Positions 37,460-49,800 of a stretch of 64,000 nucleotides of DNA are shown here, piece by piece (position 1 is the stretch's first letter; each line of letters starts with the position of its first letter). Where the stretch lies: NCBI GenBank assembly GCA_038087875.1, contig CM075977.1, positions 84,816,001 to 84,880,000 of the forward strand, in the 5' to 3' direction. Under the pieces are notes generated by a model. The model ran no database searches and was not told the origin of the DNA. It saw only the letters and a program-made list of their open reading frames with translations. The translations under genes and the position numbers were made by a program. The stretch is from Malacoraja senta (Eukaryota).

Positions 37460-38290
37460 CGAGAGGTGATTAGTTCAGGAGTCTAATAGCAGTGGGGTAC
37501 AAGCAGTTCCTAAGTTTGGCCATTAAGGGTTTCAAGCTCCTGCATCTTCTATAGAAGGTAGAAGAGAGAAGAGGGCATGGCCAGGATGACAAGCATCCTG
37601 CACAATATTTCCAGCCGTCATGATGTAACGCATCGTGAAGATGGACTGGATGGAAGGAGTGATGAGATTGTGATAAACTGGGCTGCATTCACCACTCTCC
37701 ATCAACAGTGCAGCAGCTGCCATACCAGGCTGTAATGCATCTCATCAGAATACTTTCTATAGTCCATCTGTAGAAGTTCAAGAGAATCTTTGTGAGCATG
37801 CCAAATCTTCTCAGATGCTTAAGTAAATATACCGATGTGCTATCTTGATCACATTAGTGTGAAGGGATCAGATTAGGTTGGAGTTAATATGGATCCAACG
37901 AACTTAACTGTTGACCATCTCTAATGCAGCTCCATAGATGATGAAAGGGTTGTGTTCACAACCCACACTTCCAAAGGTCAACAGCAAACTATTTTATCTT
38001 GTTGATATTAGGGGGTTAGGTTAATGTTCTGACACCAGGACACAAGGTTCTTGATCACTTTCCTATAGTCCTTCTCATTGTTGATCCGGACAACAACAGT
38101 GGTATCATTGGCAAACAAAGATCGATTGGTCACACAGTAACAAACTCTCAATCTTGAGGAGCACCAGTGTTGAGAGTCAGGGTGGAAACCTTAAGATCAA
38201 TTATAACCAACAGAGATCTGCCATTACAGTCCAGAAGCCAGTGGTACATGCAAGCACCAAGACCAAGCTTGATGAAGTTGATGAGCATTG
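37460..38290 (-). mobile_element. Degenerate Rex1/Babar- or L2-like LINE fragment
   Basis: C-terminal motif ...HPGHALFSLLPS...NCLYPTAIRLLN and a decayed RT-like stretch upstream. Confidence 0.6.
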
Positions 38291-38965
38291 CAAGTCAAAA
38301 TGATTTAAGATTCGCTATGGTGATTATTAGATCCTCAGGAGACAGCGCAAGAACAGTCACCAAAGACGTAGCTGAAATTAACCGCTTCAATCTTTGTTGC
38401 TGTACTCGCACACTACACTCCACACTGAGAATTATGTTGTTCACAGAACTTCCTTGTCGAACCATTAATTATAAATGGTGATGGCTAATTTAACCACAAG
38501 ATGGAAGAGAGTTGCAAAGCTTGACCCAGCCGACTGATCGACGAACAGTTTACTCTATCTATTTAGCCAAGCATGTAACACTGTGTTCTAGGTTCACTTT
38601 GTTGGCATTTTATACACCCTTAATTGAAGAGGTAGTAATGGAGTAAAGAGGGATAAACCAGGCCATGAGGTGACTTACTACAATGGTGTACAAATCTACT
38701 GCTACTGATAGTGCCTCACAGATGACCAATTTGAGTTACTAGATCTCTAATATCTATTACACATAACTGTAAGATACACAGTGTATTCTATGTAACAGAA
38801 TGGCCATGGCAGAAGCACTTTGCAAAGGAGATTAGTAAATGTGAGGTCAAGTAACGTATCCACACATTTCAGGCCAGGGCAATTTGGTCGACAATAGCAT
38901 TCCTGAATCACACTTCCTCATCAATATTGGCGTCCTCTGCTCAGAGGACATTTATGTCGTTGTAA

Positions 38966-39170
38966 CTGGAGAAATGGAATTACGGGTGTGTTACGGGTCG
39001 TGACCCATCTTCAGACTGAGAGTCCCTGACTCTCTAGGTTACCTATTCCATTTCTCCAGAGATGCTGCCTAACCAGCTGAATTACTCTAGCTTTCTGTGT
39101 CCATCTTCTGTTTAAACCAGCATCTGCTGGTTCCTACACTTCCTTCCTACACTTCATTCCTTCCTACACT
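38966..39170. mobile_element. Penelope-derived repeat with inverted 5' portion
   Basis: A minus-strand hammerhead-like part (38966-39018) is joined to a plus-strand 3' part; tandem TTCCTACAC tail. Confidence 0.7.
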
Positions 39171-39326
39171 TTATGTTGCCATACTGACTGGCATTCAACT
39201 GGGGCAAATGTACCGATACATAAGCTGAGGAAAAGTTCTTTGATCAGTGATTCTTTCCCAATTTCCTTTTGGAGATGCCTCCTTTGGATTACATTAAATG
39301 GAGTTACTCATCAAACTAATTACATT

Positions 39327-39454
39327 GAGTCTGAAGAAGGGTCTCGACCCGAAACGTCACCTATTCCTTCGCTCCATAGATGCTGCCTCACCCGCTGAGT
39401 TTCTCCAGCATTTTTGTCTCCCTTTGATTTTTCCAGCATCTGCAGTTCTTTCTT
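39327..39454 (+). mobile_element. Penelope-derived short repeat with intact minimal hammerhead core
   Basis: Core at 39331-39358; 14-bp TSD AAACTAATTACATT (39313-39326, 39455-39468). Confidence 0.85.
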
Positions 39455-39954
39455 AAACTAATTACATTTGTTTGATGGTAAAAGATTGCATCGGGTGAAC
39501 TTAAAAATGCTTTTATGTCTCCTGACTAACTTCAGTAAAATATGAATCTATCATTCAATTTTTCCTATCAGTGAAGTCACAGAGACGTCAATCCAGATGC
39601 TTGGCTCAGTATTGTCCAAAAGTAGGTCCAAATTATATGATTTATTCTCAATAGTAGTGGTTGAACCCACAACTTCTAATTCAGTGATGAGAATGTCGCC
39701 AATGAGTGAAAGGAAACTCACATCACTTGCAACATTAGGAAGCCCGGGTTCAAATGTGTGGATACAGCACAGATAGTTCCCCTGGCTTAAGAGTCTGCAA
39801 ACCAGGAATCACACTCAGAATAATGTTATGCCATTTATGGTTAATGTGAGGAGTGATATCTTCGCTCCTCGTTCAATTCAGGTGATGCACCTTGGGAAGT
39901 TTCCAGGCTGACAGCTGTCCTCAATTTCATTCAAAACACAGATTGATAGATTAT

Positions 39955-40272
39955 ATGTGTAGGAAGGAACTGCAGATGCTGGTTTACACCGAAGATTGAC
40001 ACAAAATGCTAAACTCAGCGGGACAGGCAGCATCTCTGGATAGAAGGGTGACGTTTTGGGTCGGGACCCTTTCAGACTGACAAATCTGAAATGCATCTGT
40101 GCCCTCATTTTAGCAAGTTGCACAACAGCCCTGGATCTAATGGTGTGTCCAGAGGCAAAGTGAGAGGTCAGATATATGTCACCTAATCTGCAGCATGTTT
40201 CCAATTTCAGCACTGCAGCATCTCTGGATAGAGGAATGGGCGACGTTTCGGGTTGAGATCTTTCCTCAGACT
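39955..40272 (-). mobile_element. Two Penelope-derived short repeats (39955-40080, 40215-40272)
   Basis: Reverse complements of the same family, with a mutated core or stem II. Confidence 0.7.
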
Positions 40273-40311
40273 AGATTATGGATTTTTGGATGTTTAAGGG
40301 AATCAAAGAAT

Positions 40312-42165
40312 ATTTATTTATTTTATTTATTTATTTGTTTGTTCCGAACAAGTAAAGACATAAATAGGAATAAATAACAACAACAAAATCGAAATAGTCA
40401 AACATTGGACATTCCAGGCAATATTTGCAAAGCAATGAAAAGCATAATGCAAAATTTAAATGTCCAACACTTTTTCTTTACAAGCTCGAAAAGGAGAAGC
40501 AGAATAACTTATTTAATCTCACCCCTTCTCCCTAAACCCTTCTTCCATATTTAATAATTAATTAATGAATAATAATAATACCCCAGACAATTTTTAGAGA
40601 TACATACAGACATATATATACATACAACTGATATACACATACAAGTAATATGTATGAAGTAACCAAAAGACATAAGTAAATAATAAACAAAATAATAAAT
40701 AAACATTAAACCGTTTGTCAACCATCCCCTTCATCCCTGTACCTTGTGAAAAAAAGTTTTTTGTATGTCATTTTGAACTGGTTCATGTTTGGACATTGCT
40801 TTAATTCCACATTCATGATATAAATTTTTATTAGAAGCAAACATATTATAATGTAGAGTAACATATTATAATAGGAGAAGAAAAAACTTTTCATATACAT
40901 CAATCACTCATACATTATTAAATTTGTCAATTGTCAGTTAATTCTGCTTCTAGTGTTTTTTTTTAATATAGATAGAAAAAGAAAAATAGAGAGAAAGAAG
41001 AATTACAATATCAAAAAAGAAAAAGAGGTGGAATGAATTACTTACAATACGTCATAGGAGATAAGTTCGTAGGTTATGAAATATAATTACATCTAATCCT
41101 GAGTTCAAGCTTCAGTCGGGCTTTCGCGCTGGGCCACTCTATCCCTTCAAATAGGCAATGAATGGAGCCCATATTTTAACAAAAAGTTCTTGCTTGTCCA
41201 TTAACACGAGTCTAATTCTTTCTAGATGTAGGGTCTCCGACATTTCCACAATCCACATTTTAATTGTGGGGGTTGTAGGGCCTTTCCAGAATTTTAATAT
41301 TATTTTTTTCCCAGTTATTATACTGTAGTCAAGGAAGTTTCTTTGGCTTGTTGTGAGTGTTAAACTTTGTTCTGATATCCCAAGTATTATTAATTTTGAG
41401 TCTGGAACCAATTTGGTATTAACAACTTCAGAAATTATTTGAAAAATATCAGTCCAGTAATTTTTAATTTTTATACAATTTGCAAAGGTATGTGTTAAAT
41501 TGGCCTCTAGATGCAGGCATTTATCACATATAGGAGAGATATGTGGGAAAATTCTATTTAGTTTTATTTTGGAATAATGTAATCTGTGTAAGACTTTGTG
41601 TAATCTGTGTAAGACTGTGTATTAAAGCATGTCTGGCATTTAACGAACATTGATGTATATGTTGTAAACTTTCGTCCCAAATATCTTTCGTAATAGGATA
41701 ACCTAACTAATTTTCCCATTTATGTCTATATAGTTCCATCGGTGGTACCTCGTTATTTAGGAGAATGTTATAAATATAAGCTATTAATTTTTTAGTGTTA
41801 GGATGCTTATTCAAACTTAATTCCACATTCAAACTGTTCCACAATCCTACTTCACAGACCGAAATACAAAAAGGTTTTCTGGTCGCGCGGACTCTTTGTA
41901 CCTTAAAATTAAATATTCTTCTTAAATTATAACCCCCCACTCGCACATTAAATAATTTTTGTATATTTCCAGGTAAGTTTTTATTTTTGGCCCTAAACAT
42001 TATTTGTGCTGTTTTAAATGCAACAAAATCTTCTAATTTTAATAATTTTGACTGTAAGAATAATGGATTAGTGTGACCCAGATACCTGACCTTGTGAATA
42101 ATACGTATTGCTCTTTTTTTCAGAATAGTTAATGAATGTAGCGAACTTTTATAGTTATTGCCCCA
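40312..42165 (-). mobile_element. L2/Crack-like LINE 3' fragment interrupted by an L1-like insertion
   Basis: ORF pieces MFRAKNKNLPGNIQKLF...LWNSLNVEL / NVELKQCPNMNQFK; (AAAT)n tail at 40312-40335. Confidence 0.65.
40816..41816 (-). mobile_element. L1-like LINE 3' fragment
   Basis: Zinc knuckle CDKCLHLEANLTHTFANC, C-terminal ...ILKFWKGPTTPTIKMW...KIWAPFIAYL; 15-bp TSD TTAATTCCACATTCA. Confidence 0.8.
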
Positions 42166-43302
42166 GATGAAGATAGTGCAGGAAAATAAGGCAGAGATAG
42201 AAGATCAGCCAAGATTTTAATGAAGTAGAGCATTCTTGAATGATTAGATGGACTACTACTGCTCATAGTTTAAATGCAAATTCATTACAATATTATTTCA
42301 TTTATGATTGCTAATTTGCTACTGCATAAAAAGTAAAAATAGTAAAAAAGTAGGGTTGTTTCCCCTTCATACATCTTTCAATTTTATTACCGTGATGAAA
42401 AGTATGCATGAAACATGTTTGCAACATGTAAATGAGAATGGAAGCTGATAAGAAAATATACCATTTGCTAATTTTAAAAATTAATTTGAGGATTTCAAAA
42501 GCCAATCTTATCAATTGGTTTTATAATGAGACAAGTATTACCATTAACTAAAGTGATAAAGGAAATCAATGGTGTGATAGCAGTACTTTGAAATTAAAAG
42601 TTCAGCAAATCAGCATTCACATATCAATAAATATGCAATTCAATTGAACTCTCCAGACTTTAGAATGGAGATCGCATAAAAGAATTAGGATTCAACATTA
42701 AATAATTTGCTGCCGTTCATCTTAACAAGCCCCCAGAAGTGTAGTTTTATGACAGCAAGGTCAATATATAGGTGACACCTAAGACTAACTCGAGCCAAAC
42801 TGAAACAGCGAGGGAAAATATATCAGATGGAGAGACAAGAAATTGCAGATGCTGGAACCTGGAGCTAAGAAAGCAGCATGCGTGATGGATGGAAAAAGAA
42901 ATTGTTTACATTTTGGGTTGAGACACTGCATCAAGAATATAATAATATAAAAGATCCTTTAGGTAGTATAGTTATACTATGCAAGTAAGATTTGTCCAAA
43001 ACATGAAGACAGGAAGAGAAAACATACTTGATAAATGAATTGCATAATAAATTCAAAATTGTTATAATTCCTGCTTTGAACAGCAGATGGCGATCATACT
43101 GTTCCTGCGTGTGCACATGGAGGACAAAACCAGACAACTCTGACCTCCAGCAGTAAACAATATGTAGTGTCACCCATCTTGTAATTGGGCAGTTTCCACT
43201 GCTTCCCCAACAAATTGTTAGATGGAACAGTATTTTTGTACAGTACTATATGACCAGTGAGACCAGATGTAGACGCAAATTCATCATAGTGAAGCTTCAG
43301 AA

Positions 43303-43538
43303 TTTAGATACAGCGTGGAAACACCGAGTCCGTGCCGGCCAGAAATCCCCATATACTAGCACCATCTACACACTATGGACAATTTACAATTTTACCAAAG
43401 CCAATAAAACCTACAAACCTGTCCGTCTTTGGACCCAGAGAAAACCCACACAGTCACAGGGAAAAACGTACAAACTCCATACGGACAGCACAGCACCCGT
43501 AGTCAGGATCGAACCCGGGTCTCTGACGCTGTAAGGCG
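43303..43538 (-). mobile_element. tRNA-derived SINE
   Basis: Reverse-strand GACCCGGGTTCGATCCTGACTACGGGTGCTG...GGAGTTTGTACG. Confidence 0.75.
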
Positions 43539-44040
43539 CCACATTTTAAAAAAAATAGTGGCGCCTTACGAGTCATCAGATTTGATCCAGCCTATATCTT
43601 TGCTTCACATTTGAAGTCAGCACCTGAAAAAAAAATTACCTGTGCTGACAGATCTTCAAAACCAAATTTTTGCCCATGTTTTGCACAATGTTTCTTTGCC
43701 AGGGAGGGAGTAAGGGTTACTGTTCAAAGGGGAGAGGGCAGAAGCAGGGAGTAAAGGATTATTGTTGATTGGGAGTGGGGGGAGGGGTCAGAAGGAGGGA
43801 GTAGAGAATATTATTGAAAGAGGAGGGGGAAAAGGGCAGGAGTATAATATTTTTGGAAAGGACAGAGGAAGTGTGTAGAGTATTATTTTTCTGAGAGTGG
43901 GACAGAGTGATGGTGTTGGGGATTATTTATTACAATTAAACTTTACAAGATGACGTGGAATTCTGCAATGCTGGAAATCCCAGTAGTCAGCCAGATAACA
44001 TTGGCCCCATAAAAGCATAAGAAATAGGAACAGGAGGCAT

Positions 44041-44348
44041 GGGCGTGACGGTGGCAAGGCGGTAGAGATGCTGCCTGACAGTGCCAGAGGCCCGGGTTCG
44101 ATCCTGACTACGCGTGCTGTCTGTATGGAGTTTGTACGTTCTCTGCGTGACCGCATGGGTTTTCCCTAGGTGCTCCGGTTTCATCCCACACTCCAAAGAT
44201 ATACAGGTTTGTTGGTTAATTGGCTTCAGTTAAAGATGATTGTAAATTGTCCCTAGTGTGGAGGATGATGCTAGTTCATGGGGATCACTGGTCAGTGTGG
44301 ACTTTGTGGGCCGATGGACCTGTTTCTGCGCTGTATCACTAAACTAAA
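44041..44348 (+). mobile_element. tRNA-derived SINE, near full length
   Basis: A-box-like GGTGGCAAGGCGGTAG, B-box GGTTCGATCC, core, CTAAACTAAA tail. Confidence 0.8.
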
Positions 44349-45672
44349 GTTGATCATTTGGCCTGTTGCCTACTCTCCCATTCAACAAGATCATGACTGA
44401 GCTTCCTACCTTATCTCCCATTCCTTGATATCTCCAACGTTCAAAAGCCCATCAGTGTTTGTTCTGAGTGTACCCCATGGTTGCATCTCCACACTCTTGC
44501 CAGAGCAGAGAATTCCAAAGATTCACTCACCCTCCAAGATCTAAAATATCTCTTCATATCAGTATGCTCCCCCTCCCCTCATTCTGGAACTGCTCGCTGA
44601 CTCGGCTTGTTGGGCAGTTCATTGGCTGAGGGAATACTATAGTTAATAGCAGCCAGCTTGAAGTTCAGCTCAGCTTCATCCATTTTGTGCACACTGACGG
44701 ACAAATATGGTGAAGCAAAAGCGGTAGTGATTCTGTGTCAAGTAGCACGTAACTGTTCATTTTCCATGACTCTCCTTGCAGCACCATGACAAAATTAACA
44801 TACATTTTTAATACTTCTTGTGTATTGAACTTGAACGCAGAGACTGAAATCTTTGCACAAATAAATGGTGGCAGTCAGTTGAACCCTCTTGCTGGGGGGA
44901 TTGTAGCGTTGAAGATTTAACACAAACCAGACCATGAATTGCCTGGCCCACAAGCCAAAATAAAATCAGGTGATGAGAAGGATTGCAAAGTCCAGACAGG
45001 GTTGCAATATATTCCTTATGATGCATTAAAAAGCATGTTTGCTGGCTTGGAAATTTGACAAACCCAACACAACTCGACATGAATATTAAAAGTTGTGCAC
45101 TATAAATGTCGAAAACCTAAAATAAAACAGAAAATGCAAGAAACATGGTTTCTGTATAGAGAGAGAAACTGTTAACACTTTACATCAATAACCTTTTCAT
45201 CAACATCATTAAGGTTGGTTCTCTCTCCAATCCTGCTGCATGTCCTGCTGAGTATTTCAAGATTTTTGCTTTAAATGTTGGAAATTATTTTTTGAAAGGA
45301 GCGGCCGCTGACTAAAGAGAATATGGAAGACAGGAGCGGCAGCAAGTGAGGAAGTCAAGAATGCCAAGATACTCGTACCTAATCTTACCAATGTCGCCTT
45401 AACCCCTTCAACTAATAGGCAGGGACACAGCGTCTGGGGTGTTCATTCACATAGAGGATAGAATCACGTAATCCCAACCTTCACTTTGGTTGCTGATCAA
45501 AAAAGGGGACATCATTTAAAGTGAACCGAGCTCCAAGGGTGTAAAATGAGTTCAAGATCACTCTGCTCCACTACTTCCATTTTACTGGTCTACGTTAATT
45601 ATATTTAGTTTAGTTTAGTTTTGTGGTACAGTGTGGAAACAGGCCCTTCGACCCGCACCGACCAATGATCCC

Positions 45673-46340
45673 CGTGTGCAGTTTTGGTCCCCTAATTTGA
45701 GAACGGACATTATTGCTATTGAAGGAGTGCAGCGTCGGTTCACAAGGTTAATTCCCGGGATGGCGGGACTGTCATATGCTGAGAGAATGGAGCGGCTGGG
45801 CTTGTATACTCTGGAGTTTAGAAGGATGAGAGGGAATGTTATTGAAACATAAAAGATTATTAAGTCTGAAGAAGGGTTTCGACCTGAAACGTTGCCTATT
45901 TCCTTCGCTCCATAGATGCTGCCTCACCCGCTGAGTTTCTCCAGCATTTTCGTCTACCTTCGGTTTTCCAGCATCTGCAGTTCCTGCTTAAAGATTATTA
46001 AGGGTTTGGACATACTAGAGGCAGGAAACATGTTCCAGGTGTTGGGGGAGTCCAGATCCACGGGCCACTGTTTAAGAATAAGGGGTAAGCCATTTAGAAC
46101 GGAGATGAGGAAACACTTTTTCACACAGAGAGCTGTGAGTCTGTGGAATTCTCTGCCTCAGAGGGCGGTGGAGGCCGGTTCCCTGGATACTTTCAAGAGA
46201 GAGCTAGATAGGGCTCTTAAAGATAGCGGAGTCAGTGGATATGGGGAGAAGGCAGGAACGGGGTACTGATTGGGGATGATCAGCCATGATCACATTGGCT
46301 CGAAGAGTTGAATGGCCTACTCCTGCACCTATTGTCTATT
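45673..46340 (+). mobile_element. CR1 LINE 3' fragment
   Basis: VQFWSPNL...RLGLYTLEFRRMRG...LWNSLPQ, CR1 3' UTR and TATTGTC tail. Confidence 0.92.
45865..45989 (+). mobile_element. Penelope-derived short repeat inserted into a CR1 LINE
   Basis: CTGAAGAAGGGTTTCGACCTGAAACGTTG...; 13-bp TSD AAAGATTATTAAG (45852-45864, 45990-46002). Confidence 0.88.
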
Positions 46341-46630
46341 CATTAGCAAAATCCTATACACCAGGGACAATTTACAATCTTTACCAAAGCCAATTAACCT
46401 GCTAACCTGTACATCTTTGGAATGTGGGAGGAAACTGGAGAACCTAGGGAAAATATGCACGTCATGGGGAGAATATATAAACTTTGTACGGACAGCACCC
46501 GTAATCAGGATCGAACAAGGGTCTTTGGCACTGTAAGGCAGCAACTCAACTGCTGCCCCAAGACATGTTCCACACTTTGAAGGCCAAAAGAACATAGAGC
46601 AATAGTATGCGAATTACATGTGACACTTAC

Positions 46631-46841
46631 CATTTTGTAACATCCCAGATAATGGGCTCGGCGTTCCAAGTGGTGATGCAGAGACATTCCCGTTGCCTAT
46701 TTGCAGCAGGTCTTGGAAGATGGTCTGCTTGTCCACTGGTCCACTGGCAGGAACTGTCTTCATGTCTGGGAAAAGCTGCTGTAACTGACTGTTCTGCAGG
46801 TCATCAAGAATTTCTTCTAAGTTATCCAAGTCACTGCTGAT
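46631..46841 (-). CDS. NCOA2: NCOA2 exon 12 equivalent
   Basis: Acceptor ttgacagcag|ATC (tandem CAGCAG), donor AATG|gtaagt. ISSDLDNLEEILDDLQNSQLQQLFPD...; 211 nt, phase 0 to 1. Confidence 0.95.
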
Positions 46842-49800
46842 CTGCTGTCAACAACAAGGCCAATTACCGCCCATAAATTTTGTGTCCAAGCCCAATCAGT
46901 GGATACTAATTAATTATCACGGCCTGTTTAATCATTTTTAAATGATCTCATGCCTCCCGGCCCAAATCTCTCTCCCTTCGCTCAAGGAGGAGGAATATTT
47001 GTTGGGGTTAGAAACAATGGCCACAGGACCCAGCCCCATCCACCTTTGCATAAAATGAACAGATCTAATGACTTAAAGAGGCACCTCAGAGACACGATCC
47101 CCATCAGCTGTCAATACACATTACGCTGGCATGTTCAACAAGGAAATAAGAACCCTTCTTATTTGTCCCCCCCCCTCCTCCCCCTCCCCTCCCTGTCCTC
47201 CATACTGAGGAAAGCTCAAGTACAACATTGAATTCCGATTGAAATCAACTTCAGGCCGACTGGAAGATGGAACAAATCCACTGGGCGTGGGGCATTTACC
47301 CAATGAATCACCGGAGGAGCTAAAGCTTGTCAGGCAAAATCATGGTCAGTGAATTTTCATCCAAGCAAGATGTATATTATCGTAAAACAAGAGTGCATAG
47401 CTCTTGCATATCAACCTTGAGTGGGATAATTAATTTCCTATGAAAATAATCCATTAGACCATGGGGCATAATGACCATCCCAACCTCACTTTGCTATGTA
47501 CTATTAAGTTTTTACTCATTTCAGGATCACCCACTTAACATTGATGCAAATTTAGTAAATAAATATCAGATTAAATCTAGGGAATCAATTATAAAAGATA
47601 CCCATTAAGTGAATTACTTATCAGTAATCCACAAAAATTCCTGCCATCAAAAATAGTTTAAGTACAATTTTTATCTCGAGTGGATATCTTTCAATTCCTT
47701 ATGACATAATTAATACAGTTTGAGAACCTACAAGCTAGGAGCAGGAATGGACCGCACTGCCCATCAACTCAATTCTGGCATTAAAGAACAATATGGTTGA
47801 TCTGGCTGTAACATCAACACCATATTCCTGCTTATTCAGGGTTACATTTCACTAAATGTTCATCAGGAATCTATACACCTCTACATTAGAAATATTCAAA
47901 GGTATTCCTCCCCTTGAAGGAGAGAGTTCCAAAGAATCTTGACCCTGAAGGGAACAAAAGTCTAATCTCTCATGGCACCTTTTTATGTAATTACACATTT
48001 TAAAAAAGTGTCTGATTCTAAATCCTCGCATATAACGAATCAATATTTCCACTTCTGCCCTTTCAAGAATATTCAGGATCTTCAATGAGTGAATAGTAAG
48101 CTTTAAGTTCAACTATATTTTAAATTTATGAAATTATTTAAGATGCTTGACCCTAATGGGATGTTGCACATTAGATTTACAAAATTGGGGTGCAGATGTG
48201 CTCAATTTATGAGGAAGTATATGCAGTGATCACATATAGAGAAACACAAAGCTGCAAGAATCACAGGTATTATTGATTTAACTTTGATTTTTTTACACCT
48301 CGGTATATGAAGTATGTTTGTTACTACCACATTAAAACTTCCCAAACTGATCTCAATTTCTTTTTTGAACTGACCTGACTGCACAAAAAAGATTGCTTAG
48401 AAATATAGTAATCTATGATCAAAGTGGGTTTATTTCTCTGCATAACAATGGTGTTCAAACCTTTCTGTAACAATTTGGGGGGGGGGGGGGGGGAAGGCGA
48501 GGGTACTTCATAAACAGCCCATGTTATTTGTTCTGTTGCATTTCACCAGAAGTTGTTTCCTGAACTCTCTCATTTGGTTAACAATCTGAAGAACCTTCAA
48601 GTCTGAATTCTGATATAACAGCAAGCACCCTGATGTGTGACTAAATGTTAAAGATTTAGAATTTGTATTTAGCCCGCCATCAAATATACTGGTTTCAAAC
48701 AAAGAGGAAACGTCAACGGTGTTTATATATTAACTCAGCATTATTTCAAACTATTTCAAATCAAACTCTTCATTATCAATTTCAAAGTCTATTTCAAACT
48801 AAGTTTAATTATAAATGGTTTATTCGTTTATATAGCTCTTAATATGGTTAAACACGCAAGGTTTAACCATCAAGAATCAAGATTGCCTTCTTGGGCAGCT
48901 GATGATTTAATGTTATGTTCGACAGGTGCATAAACATTGCTGAGGCCTTCTGGAAAACAAGGAACTAGGAGAATGTGGATGTCGTTCCCAAGAGTGCAGT
49001 TGTATAAAGATGACAATGTGGCATCTGCTTCCAGAGATTACTAGTTAACCTATTTTTACATTATTAATTATTCCCAGGTTGGCCATTTTAGCCAAGAACT
49101 TCAATATAATTCATGTTAATGTGAAGAATAAATGTATTGGTGCATGTGATTGACAGAAAACATGACAGAAATTTTCCAATGACAGAACTAAATTGGTTCT
49201 CTTTCACTTGCAGAGTAACTCCTTCATCAGTAAAATTTAATGAGACACTTGGTATCCACATCATTCTGTGCATTAGATGTACATCCTACAGCCCATTGGA
49301 ATCTTTAATCTTACTCAAATCAACACTATCTACACAACCTGCATATTTACTCCTTCTTCACAGAACCGACCTTGATACTAGATCCCATTTAACTTTGTTG
49401 TTAAGCAACCCTGTGAGGAAGCCATGCTTATGTCATCAGCCATTCTCAGGCCTAGTGACGATAGAATGTCTTTGACCTTTAACTGTATGGGCAGGATAAG
49501 ATCAGTTATATTGTCAGAGTAGGGATGGAGACGTCACACAAAAACCTCTGAAGCTACATTACTTATACACACCTTAGTGGGTAACAACCAGCAGGTACAG
49601 AATAACTCACAAATCTTCTAAAGGGTGAATTTCCAATAAAATCTTGCACAATTTCCAAATTAAAGACAAATTAAACCATTTTATAAAATTAAAGTTGCCA
49701 GGATGTCTCCTGCACAAAGTGGCAAGCTATTCAATACCAACACAGGCGCACAGTTGACCTAATTGTTGTTCTAATTGTAAAATTTAACACAATACCTGAT

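Larger units (their letters stand above)
45603..46560 (-). mobile_element. tRNA-derived SINE split by a CR1 insertion
   Basis: Tail (TTTAG)n at 45604-45672; body and head at 46341-46560. Confidence 0.75.

Noticed and set aside
44041-44115. tRNA-like A/B boxes
   Set aside because: SINE head with SINE core and tail; no convincing cloverleaf.
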